A stretch of 64,000 nucleotides of DNA from Geosiphon pyriformis uo1 (lineage: Eukaryota > Fungi > Glomeromycota), in NCBI GenBank assembly GCA_016748015.1, contig JAAOMT010000129.1:372001-436000 (forward strand), in the 5' to 3' direction. Positions 26,185 to 37,650 of the stretch are shown here, one piece after another. The notes under the pieces are model-generated. The model was not told where the DNA came from. It did not search any database and saw only the letters and a program-made list of their open reading frames with translations. Numbering within the stretch: the first letter of the stretch is position 1; each line of letters starts with the position of its first letter. A program made the translations under genes and the position numbers.

Positions 26185-29100
26185 TCATGTCTGCCTACCG
26201 GCTAACGAATTATACACAAAGCGGAATATTTCTTGGTGATAATGATGGAGAAGTTCTTCAATAGGTGCGTTCCCGAATCGTGCTTTAAATCACAAAGCAT
26301 CAGATTACCAAACTATGAATACAATCAAATTTAAAATCAGTTGAACCATTCAAACCTGGTAATATGCACTTCCCAAAAGCTTTACTCTTTGTCCGGTCTT
26401 TCTTTTCCCAGTAGGGATTACTTTGTGGTACAACATTGAATGTATGCTATAGAGTGATTATTATAACACATTATTACAGAACATTTGAAGAAATACATAA
26501 TTTTGACATTCATGAAAAGAAATATACCTACATCAAAATACCAATTGTGAAGATTCACACCACGGCCCACCTTTGGCATATCAACTTCATTTGCTATCAT
26601 GATAACTCCTGTTACTTTTTCAATCACCAATGGTTCTATAATAAAATTCTCAATGATATTAAGCTTGAACTATTGTCGATAAATTACTAGGAATAATAGC
26701 TCTGCTGACCTCTTTCTGTAATCAGATGAGCAATACTGGGACAACCAACTCCTGCTCCGAGCAAGAATACCTGCTTAGCTTGTGAATTTCTATATATATA
26801 GATATCCATGAAAAAGTTTGTGACAAGTAAATTCTCAAAGCGTTAAAACAATTTTTTCCACCGATTACTTACACAATTATGTTATCCCAAATATATAACA
26901 ATAACTCATTGAGATCGGGTCGCAGCCGTATATCACCCTAGGTAATTGTTATAAATGATTGTAAATAGTCCTTTAAAGAGAAAGTTAAATCATCAATATT
27001 TTCAATACCAGAAGAGGAGGTACATCAACGTCAATTAGAGCACAATCTTGCTTTGTAATTGTGTCTATGAATTTTTGTGAGGTATCAATCTGAGTAAAAG
27101 AAAACTTCCTCAATAAGAAATTCGCAAAAAGAGAAAAAGCTTCAAGTTAAAAAGTATCAAGACCCTACCCACCATATATGATTTCGTGATATTGATAGAA
27201 TTTGTCATAGCTTTGGTCTCCGCCCTATAAAAGGCCATCATAATAAGACATTGGGGACCTAAGATGGAATTATTAATGGGCCTGCGAAAAAATATTTGCT
27301 CTATGATATTACCTAAAATCAGCCCTAAAAATAAGGTAATATTAGGAGAAATTAGATAGGAAAAAAATCAATTCATCAAATGTGATTTTCTTCAAAAATC
27401 CGTTACTTACATGTCGTGGACGAATAAAAATAGAATGTTTTGCTGAAATAGATCTTGACTAAATTTAAAAAAATCATGTGTGTCATAGTTTCAATTATTA
27501 AGTTTATAACCAATCAATTTCCAAGGATACCTGCAAGTAACTTGGTTAAAAAACTTCGAATTTAGACGATCATTTGATATCGGGGCAGGAACCATTCTAA
27601 ATTTATCATAAAGATATCTTGCACGATATGCTTTTAACATTTCTAAGAGAAATTTAGAAATCAAGTGTGAAATGATATGATAGGGACGAATTGATTAAAC
27701 ATGTACTTGGTGGAAATTACCTGACATGTCAATAACAATCTTTCCAGGTGTTCTTTCTAAGAATTGGTGATTGGGATTAAGTTAATTAGTTTATAAAAAA
27801 TACTAAATTTGACTATCTTTAACTTACCTTCTCCAATATCAAGGAATTGTGGTGCTAAAGATTTCCAATAGCGTGACTGTGTATTGACAACATGATGAAT
27901 AGTTTCTACACAATCTTTACTTGGTCTGATGGAATCAAAACTAGCCGGAGATTCACCAAGCAAAACTTTAACGCAAGCTAAGGCAGATTGCGTAATTGAT
28001 TCAAGATTGTAACCACCCTGAATTTTGTCAAGACTGATTAGATTAACTGAAGTCAGTTACTGTACTATACGTGTCTCGTTATACCTCCAATGCCAAAACT
28101 AGTTTCCCCCCTGCTAAAGATTTTAATAAATGAGTCATGTGACCAAAGGCAGTTGGAGTGACGTGATTTTCCCCGATAGGATCCCCTAGATTTTCGAGAT
28201 GAGCAAAATGATAAGAAAAGAGGTTTATTAAAAGATTAATTAAAATTTTTACCTTCTGCTGCATCAAATCCCGCCGAGACAATTACTAAATTTGGGGCAA
28301 ATTCGTAGGCTATTGGCATTACAACTTTATTGAAAGCGTATATATAGTCACTGTCACACATCTCGGCGCGAGGCCATGGAATATTAATCGTCCTTTATGT
28401 TGGCAAGGAAAGAAAATGTAAAAGTCAGCTGGAAGTTTATAAAAAAAAAGTTTGTTAATAGAAATTCTATTATAACTTACTTGCCTTTAGCCACACCTTC
28501 ACCTACATTATTAAAATGTGCCGATTTATTTCCAGGATAAAATTCTCCATCTTCATATCGGTGGATCGAACAGTAAACAACATTAGGATCATCATAGAAA
28601 GCTTTCTGTGTACCATTGCCTGTACATTAAGCAAATATCGCTTTAATAAATAATTAAATCTGTTGGTGGCTAGAACCTCAAATAATAGGTAATCTACCAT
28701 GATGAATATCCCTATATATATATATATTAAAGGGGTATATCCGGAATATAATTAGCCGAAAGATATAATATATGAGTATAAAAACAAAATTTTATAGATA
28801 AAATATTGTTCTAGTTTTTCTCTTACCAATCTAGTATAAATATTCTCTCGACATTATGATAGTTTCTTAGGCATTTAGCTGCCACTGCGACATTATTGAA
28901 TAAGCAAAAACCCATGGCCTCATCGGGTTCGGCGTGATGTCCGGGTGGCCGGACATTTGCGAAACCATTTGATACTTTTCCTGAAATGACTGCTTTACAG
29001 AGTTCAATAACTCCTCCGCATGAAAGTCGAGCACAAAATGCGGTATCATTATTCAGATAAACGGAATTATATTCATCCTCAGCTGCGATTAAATCTTCAT

Positions 29101-29666
29101 CCGACATGTCTGGAAATTTAACGGGAACGTTGGATTGATTAATCGCGTCAAATCAGATCGCTTGTGCACCCATCGCATACATAAATGCGTCGATTTTTGG
29201 ATAAAAATTATATCAGGAAAATTAAAGGGAAATTCAGATCTTTACCTGCAGTTTTTTGTATGGTGTTCCAGTGTTCAGGAGTGTGTACCAAACATATCTC
29301 TTCTTTTGTTGCTTGTCGTGCTGATATCTTTACTAATTTATCCAAACACTTATATTTTTCTAAAATCTTTGTAATTCCGCTTATACGACCAGGATCCTCA
29401 GGGTGATGGTCATCTTCATGTATATTTCCGTGAAAACGCATACGAGGATCATAGACAAACCCGGTTACTCCCTCTTTCAACGGCTGCGGCTCAACCCTCG
29501 AATCAACGTCACCGTTTACCAAGGTTGACGTGTCTTGACCTGGTCGATGTAAGGTTTTATTGGAATTTTTGTTAGCGAGATTGAGCTTGGCGGGTTCGAT
29601 AAGCACATAGGGTTCTTGCTCGCCATTTTCGTCCACCTCCATCGCTAGGTCACAGTTATTCGACAT
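26185..29666 (-). CDS. HDA1: Class II histone deacetylase (Hda1/Clr3 type) with probable C-terminal Arb2-like domain, multi-exon
   Basis: [88 protein letters not shown]; terminal exon ...[24 protein letters not shown]. Convergent with RPA3. Confidence 0.93.
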
Positions 29667-29831
29667 TTCTATTTCGGGAAATAGGAACTTCCTTAGCTTA
29701 AAATAAAAATTTAAATAAATAAAAATGAAAGAGTCATAAGTTGAAAGTTATAAGTTATATGCTTGTGTATATATCTGTTATTGTTACACCAAGTCGCCTC
29801 CAGAGTTAGAATTTAAAGGGGGAAAAAAAGC

Positions 29832-29870
29832 ACCTTGGGACTACCTTGGGATTACCTTGAGACCTCGAGG
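29832..29870. repeat. Short tandem 11-bp repeat (ACCTTGGGA(C/T)T) upstream of HDA1
   Basis: accttgggact accttgggatt accttgag acctcgagg, ~170 bp upstream of the HDA1 ATG. Confidence 0.6.
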
Positions 29871-30452
29871 GATTTTTTACGGGGTGGATTATGTTTTCAA
29901 AAAAAAAATAAGTGACTACTTTGAAATTTTTTGTCTTTAAAATAACCACTTTTTTTTTAGAAAAAATATAAAAAATAAAAACAAAAAAGTTTCTTAAAAC
30001 TTTATCTTTTATTTTTGAAAAAGAACAATAATAATTTGCTCAAAAAATAAAATAGATAAAGCTGAGACAATGGAAAATGAAAATCTTAAAAATTTTCTAT
30101 CTGTTTTTAAATATTTCGAAAAAAAACTCTTCTGCTTGAGATTGTGAAGAATATTGAAAAATTGTAAAAAAAATAATAAAATAAAGTGTTTTAATTTGAG
30201 AAATAGAAATTTTCTGCAACAAATTCGATGGATATCATTTTATAAAGAATTTTTAAAAAAAGGTGTAAAAATTAAATATTAAAAGAATTATTGTAATCAC
30301 GTGAGAATATCAAAAAGTTCATAATTAACATTTTTTTATTTTAAACCGTGTAATTTAGTAATCAATTAATTAAGTATCTTGAAAAATTTTAAAAATTTAT
30401 TTATACAAAATTTATTTTTTAAAATATTAAAATGTAATATGAACAAGTCTTA

Positions 30453-30486
<34 letters not shown>

Positions 30487-31372
30487 TTATAATTTTTATA
30501 ATATTGTTTTTAACCCTTTTTCTAAATAATAATTTAACGAATAATATTATATTTAAAATATTTATTTTTAATTTTTAAAACATTATTCATTAAGTTTATA
30601 ATTTAATTTTTTATTTATTTTAGATTTATCAAAAAATCTTTAAATGTATATTAAAATTGTAAATTTATATTTTATTTATAATTTTATTTATAATTTTATA
30701 ATTCAAATAAAAATTAATTAATTTATAATCAATTATTATTATTTATTACATAATTATAATTACAAATCAAAATTACAAATTGTATTATTTTAAATTTTTA
30801 AAATTTTTAAAAAACAATATTTTTATGTTAAACTTTATGGATAATTAAAAAATTATGTATGTAATTATTAATAAATTATAATATACATATAAAATTAATT
30901 TAAAATATTATAATATATAATATATTGTAAATAATAATAATAATAATACTAATAATATAAGTAAAAAATAATTAATATTAATTGGTTAAAAAATAATCAA
31001 ATAAAAATAATATTAAATAATAAAATTACACTTTATTAAACAACAAAAAAAATTAAATAATTAAAAAACATTATAAATAAATAAATTTTATTTAATAAAT
31101 TTTTTTAATATTTAATAATTAAATTTTTTTAATACTTGTTTAAAAATAAACTAAATTTTTAAATAATTATTTGTTTTTTTGTTCATATAAACACGATTTA
31201 TTTGTTATTTATATATAAATATAAAAATTTAAATAATTATAATTTATGTACTTTTTTTGCTTTAACAAAATATAATTTTTTAATTATTTATTTTAACTAT
31301 ATATATAATAATTATAAACATAAATTTTGTATTTTTAACATATGACTAATCATTTAAATTTATATTAAAATA

Positions 31373-32113
31373 GTGCACAGAAGGTTGCTGGTGGCAGTAA
31401 GAAAGAGGTTGTATGATAAGTGCTACCCTAGTGTATTGTGTTTGTTTTGCAATGAGGTGGAGTTCTCTGATCATGCTTTTACTTGTGTTCATGAGTCTAG
31501 CGTCCGTGATGAGATTTTGGTGGAGGCTTCTGTCCATTGGTCAGCTTTGGCTGGTGGTTCCCCTGCTTCTGCTGTGTTGCGAGTTTTGTCTCGATGTTCC
31601 TTTGATGTTGGGCTGTACACTTTGATGTGCAAAGGGTTTGTGTTGGAGGAGTGGTATGAGGAGGCTTGCAGTGTTTTTGAGGATAAAAAAGTGGCCGTTG
31701 TTTGGATTGTTGATTTTGTCAGGTTTGTTGTTGGGTTACATCGCACTAAAGTATGGTTGGCTAGGGCCAGCCACCGGGTGGTGATGGAGAAGACTGGTCT
31801 GGTCTGTAACGTTGGTGTTGTTTCTGGGCTCTCCTGTAGTATGTCTTCGGTTTTATCTAATAATGTTGTGAGATTGCTTGGTGTGGCCAATTCCTTTGCT
31901 GTTAGCTTTGGTTGTCGGAAGCCTTATTGTTTCTTTTCTGGTCTGAGTAGCAATGTGTGGGTGATTATAGATGTATAGTGTTGCCTTGTCTGGCCTGAGT
32001 AGCTAGCCACATGTAGAAAGTGCATGAGTCATGTTTAGTTTGAGCCTCTTAGTTTGGTTCTATGTACTAGATAGCAATTGGGCTACACTCATTAAATGTG
32101 TTAATAAAAAAAA
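31373..32113 (+). mobile_element. 5'-truncated LINE (ORF2 C-terminus, 3'UTR, poly-A)
   Basis: ORF 31373-31978 with CLFCNEVEFSDHAFTC; conserved 3'UTR; TSD ATATTAAAATA at 31362-31372 and 32114-32124. Confidence 0.92.
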
Positions 32114-33841
32114 ATATTAAAATAATACTATATTAATTTAATTATGTTTTTAATAATTAGTTTAAAAATACATTTATTAATATATCATAAAATATTAATT
32201 AATTTTTATTTTATTTTATTTTTGAATAAATAAAATTTATTTATAACATAATTACAATTCAATATTATATATATTATAATTAATAATAATTATTGAATTC
32301 TTTTAATTAACAATTTATTTTTAACACATATTTTAATATTTTAATTATAATTATTAATATTATATACATATATATATATATATAATTTTGCTAATTAATA
32401 AAACCAAAAATTTATATATAACAAACTTTAATAAATTATAAATATAATAATTTTTTTGAATAAATAACAAATTATATTTTTATTTTATAAAAGTGTTATT
32501 AATTAAATAAGAATTTTTAATTATAAAATAAAAATTCAATTATTATTTATTTTATTTTATTTTATTGTTTTTATACATATATAAAGATTAGCTTTATTTT
32601 AAAGTATTTAGAATTTTATTTTATTTATAAATAAAATTATATCTAAGAAAAACATTATTAAATAATGCCAATATAATTAATTATTTGAATTTAACGTATA
32701 ATTATCAATATTTGATCATATTTTTTTAGGTTATCTTTATCTAAAATATTAGTTTTTAATTTAAATAATATTTTAGATTTTTAAATACAAGGTATATAAT
32801 TTTCAGGCTATTTTAACTGAAAAGTTCTTTTTCTGGTTTCATTTATATATAACTAAATTTAAAGATCCTTATTTTTATTTATAAAAAACAATTTAAATGA
32901 GCAAGATATTTTTTGATCAGATTTTATTTAAACAAATTAGAATTGTTTAAATGACAATTTCAATCGAAAAAATCGATCACGATACATTAAATAGCTGAAA
33001 ATTTTCTCCTTAGTTGAAATTTTAGTGAAAGGCCGTTTTTAATTAAAAATCATTCTCTTCTGAATTTGATATTTATCAAATGACATTAAAAAAAAAATTC
33101 AAAATATAAAGTAAAGACCAAAGTTGAAGGAATAAAATAATAAATAGCTAAAGAGAAAAGTTTCTTGAAGCAACCAGCCAATGTGAAAAGTACCTGTTAA
33201 CTTGTAACTGAATTCGAATAATTTAAAAAGTAAATAATGTCGCATTTGATCATGAATACAGGTTTTGATATGATTATGAACAACAAGGAACATTTTAATT
33301 TTTAATTTCAAATTCTAGGGATAAAAGGCGAAACTCCAATCCAGAGGGTTAAACTTCATGAGAACAATCCAGGAAAAAAAAATTAGCCGTTTTCGCTTAT
33401 GAAATTATTCAAGTGCTAAACTTTTTGGGCGAGTCATTCTAATTTGAGAATATACCTATAATCAAGTCGAACTTTGATATTCATGCCAGAAACTTGGCTG
33501 CTAGAAGGATTGGTAAAAGGGAAAATCTGTTCAAATTATTCCGTCAACGCTTACGCCCTGTGTAAATGCCCTTTGATTACCATGTTATTTTGTTAGTAGA
33601 TTCGCAAGGTCCCGAATTATCCTCGAAGACGATCTGAAGATTGCGATTGTAAATAGGAGATCAAAGGTCGCACCGCATAATAGGTGGGAGAAATTCTAAT
33701 AGAGCTAAATCTTTCAAAAACTTTTTTGGGAGTACCGATCCACTCGCAGAGAAAGGGGCCAATTTCTCTATATTAATAAACCTTCTTTTTTTACATATTG
33801 CCCCACGACCCATAATTTGATTTCTCGTCTATTTTCTCAAA

Positions 33842-35758
33842 ATGCCAGCTTCAAGTTCTAGGAGAAATCCAACTAAGAAGGAATTCTGGAGAAATTTAAG
33901 GCACCATAGAGGCTGGGGATGGCCTGATGTATTGCATTTCAGGGGTTCGGTAATAAAAACTTTTCCCACAAGTTGTGCTTCTTCGACTAAACTTGAGGAA
34001 GCAGTTAATAAAGGTTTTTCGCTTCTGGGGAAAAAATTGTTAGGTATTCCCAAATGTAATTCCTATTGTATTTAACACAGCTTTATGGACTGTTGGGGTT
34101 TGTTTTCTCTATATCGAATTGGGCAAAACAGCGATTGCTTTGCCAATGGAATTGGGCAAGTATTTGAGTATAATGTTTGTTGGAAATTTCCTGAACTTTA
34201 TTAATTGCATATAAAAACTAATATCTTCGAATAATTGTTGTCTCATCCGAAACAGTTGGCTCTGTTGCTGTAGTGGTTGGCTTATTACTAGCTTTCCGTA
34301 CAAACAATGCTTATGACCGATATTATGAAGGTCGCAAGCTATTTTCAGCCATGTGGTAAAGTGATAAAATTTTTTACACCATTTTATTGATTGATTGAAT
34401 AATTTAAATTAACTGATGATCTGATCACGTGAATATAGTCTAATCTGTTATCTTTATATTTAGCACTCAAGTCAGAAATTCTGCACGGATCTTATGGATC
34501 GGAGTTACTGAGTCCTCGGATCAGGATCATATTGAAAAACAAAGAACCATTAAACTCATGTTGGCCTATGTGGTGGCTGTTAAACATCATCTACGATTGG
34601 AATTCGGCACCCATTGGCCTGATTTGGAAGAGCTTCTTCCAACTGGCTTCCAATTAACCCCATTTGATGGTAATACTGATCAAGAAAGAGCTGATCTTGG
34701 TTCTGGGGGACCAGAGGATCCTACTCATCAATCTGATCAGGAACCAACTGTTGCTCAATCGGATTCTCATCTCGTATCGATAGATCCTGAGCCGATAGAA
34801 CCTCGAAGCTCGATCGAAAACACCATTCGTGGTATAACTGGTATTGGAACAGCGACCTATAGTTTATTACGCAATTCTGTTTACAGCAGGGAAGGCACCA
34901 TATATTACGATGAAGAGGAATGGGGTGGTAACGTGGATGCTAGTATGAGTTTACCCTTGGAAATAGTGATGCATTTAGGTTTATACTTTGACCAGAAATA
35001 CCGGGAAGGAAAAATGGACCCTGCTAGGTTTGGGTCCGCATCTGCCTTCTTGAATGCTTTAATTGAGAATCTTGGAAATTTGGAACGTATTGCAAACACG
35101 CCTATGCCATATGCCTACAACATTCATCTGTAAGTTCTCAACTGCTGAAATGATTCTTTACAGAAATGAATAATTTAATCCGAATTTATTTTAGAAAACA
35201 AGCCGTTACTTTGTATGTCTGGGCGCTTCCTTTGGCCCTTGTGGCTAAACTTTTCTGGCTAACTGTTCCCTGCGTCACTGTGGTTGCTTTCGTTTTATTC
35301 GGTGTTGAAGGAATTGGTGAGTGTAGTAAGATGGGAGATTTTGGCAGAAAATTATTTCAATTTTGAAATTTAATTATTTCGATTTTTCTTTGGTTAGGTG
35401 CTGAAATTGAGAATCCATTTGGTATGTCCATTTCTATAAAAATCAACCCTCTTGACGTTTTAGAAATTTGTCTCAAAAGTTTAAAACAATATATATATAT
35501 ATTTTCTTTCTCTAGGATATGACAAAAATGATCTCCCATTGGACCAGTATTGCAAGGTTCGTCTATATTAATATCTCTTCATTCATAAATCTTGGTTCGT
35601 TTTTGTGCTTGTATTTTTTTTTTCCGTATTTCGAACTCTCTTCCAATTTTGTTAAACAGGATTTGGAAGCTGAAGTCAAATATCTTCAACGTCACATTCC
35701 TCCAAGAAAACCAACCGCGTCATCCAATACTCCTGTCAGTTCCACTGCCCCACGCTAA
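33842..35758 (+). CDS. Bestrophin-family (UPF0187/YneE-like) ion channel, ~8 exons
   Basis: WPDVLHFRGS|VFPNVIPIV..., VGLLLAFRTNNAYDRYYEGRKL, VAVKHHLR, LERIANTPMPYAYNIHL, GVEGIGAEIENPFGYDKNDLPLD. Intron 2 (34156-34255) is GC-AG; 24-nt exon at 35398-35421. Confidence 0.9.
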
Positions 35759-36150
35759 GTTAAAATATGTTCGGAAACAAAGGTTTAAATTAAGGTGAAG
35801 TTACCCAAGCGATAATATTTGCCTTGGTTCCATAATTGATCTGATGGTTTTTTTTCAATTTTGGTCGCTATCAAATTTGTCTATTTTAGGTTTTTGAGAA
35901 ACCTCTTAAAAAGATATTTTTGTAATTATTTAAGCCAGAAGTTTAAATCTTGAGAAAAATGTGTAGAATAAATTTTTTTAATGGACATATCGATGATGAG
36001 AAAAATCATGATATAGGATGTTCATTTTTGGTATTACTAAATTCATTTTTTAATATGGCGAATGATCTACATGATTAAAAAGTCAAAGTGCTACTTCATA
36101 ATTGACAATTGTGAAAATTGTTAATAGCGTACTGTCATATGAAATTTAGA

Positions 36151-36262
36151 TGATAGACAAAAGGAATGCAGAAATCTGCATTGTTTATCAATAAGTGCTA
36201 ACCCTGGATGGATTGTAATATATCAATAATAAACAATGTTAAGCATTGGTACTATTTCCCAG
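36151..36262 (-). ncRNA. Candidate Fanzor omega-RNA scaffold / transposon right end
   Basis: Directly 3' of the Fanzor ORF. Imperfect 16-bp inverted repeat (36179-36194 / 36223-36238), hairpin AATGCAG-ATTT-CTGCATT (36165-36182), then ...TTTTGTCTATCA. Boundaries are inferred. Confidence 0.55.
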
Positions 36263-36267
36263 AGAGA

Positions 36268-37650
36268 ATCAAGGCTCCTGGAGAAAAATTCCACAATTTC
36301 GACATTTATATATCGCAGATCTTCCGATGTTTTGGATGTTTCCAAAGCAACTACAAATCTTGGGACGTATAAGCTTAATTTTGGATAATAACATGAATTC
36401 TTAATTCCTCTGTTTTGGCTATTAAACGTTGTCGAAATCGATAATGTGCCCAGCCGAAGCATTTTTCGTACTGATTTTGGTATAATTTTTCTTGTTTTTC
36501 CAATTCACCATGTTAGATAGCGTCGAGAATTAATGGGTAAAAAAAGCAATAACTTTTCTGTGAATTTCATTTTGCTGGTGTTTAATTTTTCGTTGTATAC
36601 ATGCTATTGCTTTATCAAATCTTTTAGCTTTCTTCTTTTTGAATTTAGAAGTTGATTGTATTAACTTATTTTTTTTTGATATAAAATTGTCCATGTAGAT
36701 ACAAATACAAATAATACTTCCAATATCTTGTTAACCAATTTTACCTATTCTTTTAGTAGGAGAATACCATGTAAAAGGTGTATGAATGCCAGGATCAATA
36801 GAGACTGCATGAATAAACCTATCCACTTGGGTTTCATGGACTTGTTTTTCTATCTCATAAACTCAAGCAAACTTCCACTCTTTAGTTTTCCGAAAATAAG
36901 TAAGTTTGGTATTACATGTAATTTTGTGTATAAAGGGCCATTTGTTGTTTTTGTAAAAGCCATAATGAATCTTTATTATTATTTGGGCTTGTGTCGATGT
37001 GGACATTCTTATATTTATGAAGTGTAAAGAAAAGTAAGAAAAAAGTGATTCCAAAAAAATTTATTAAAAATTTTGGTCACGAATCGTAATAGTTTGATGT
37101 AACTTCATTTTATGCATTCAGTGCTTGATCAATTTGCTTCATCTAAAAAACTTTGTAAAAGTATGTTCAACTTAACAACAGCTTTACAAAACTTTTGTTC
37201 GCCCCAAATAGCTAAATTATTATTGAAAAGAAGTTGTTTTTGTTGAAAAAATTATAGGTTTTAACCAACTTTTTTCAATATTATTTTCATTTTTTCTAAT
37301 TTAATGTTTTTTCTTCTATCTTATTACTGTATTAAAAGCAAATCTGGCCAATTCCATCCATTATTTTAAGAGTTGTTTTTAAAAATTATTTAAATATATT
37401 TTTTTTGTGCTTTTTAATTTTTATGTTTTTAATTGTTTATTATTTTTGCATTTTAAAATTGATGGTAAAAATATTTTTGGTCAATTCATATTTATTAAAA
37501 ATTAATTTGTTAATAAGAATTATAAATTTTACAAAATTAAAAAACAAAACATATTAAAAAAAGTTGAAATAACAGTATTAATTATAATAAATAACCAAAA
37601 TTTTCAAGATTATTTTACAACTTGTTTATTTTAATAAAGTTTTAAAAAGT
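36268..37650 (-). pseudogene. Fanzor2 / IS607-TnpB-like RuvC RNA-guided endonuclease relic
   Basis: Reverse strand across frameshifts: LK(P)Y(W)NKQV..(L)WL(P) N-terminal motif, KIY(P)NNF(Q)KQLLK(Q)WM(G)LARFAFN, RuvC-I ETQ..AVSIDPGIHTPFTWYSPTK..GKIG.QDIG, QRKIKHQQNEIHRKVIAF, SNMVN.KTRKI..KSVRKML.WAHYRFRQRLIAKTEEL.IHVIIQN(E)AYTS..CS..GNIQNIG.S.IYKCRNCG, then GIFL. The RuvC-III DRD segment is missing. Confidence 0.88.

Noticed and set aside
36223-37054. ORF-track ORFs 36223-36462(-), 36728-37027(+) and 36863-37054(-) as independent genes
   Set aside because: They are off-frame, antisense or partial readings of the Fanzor pseudogene.
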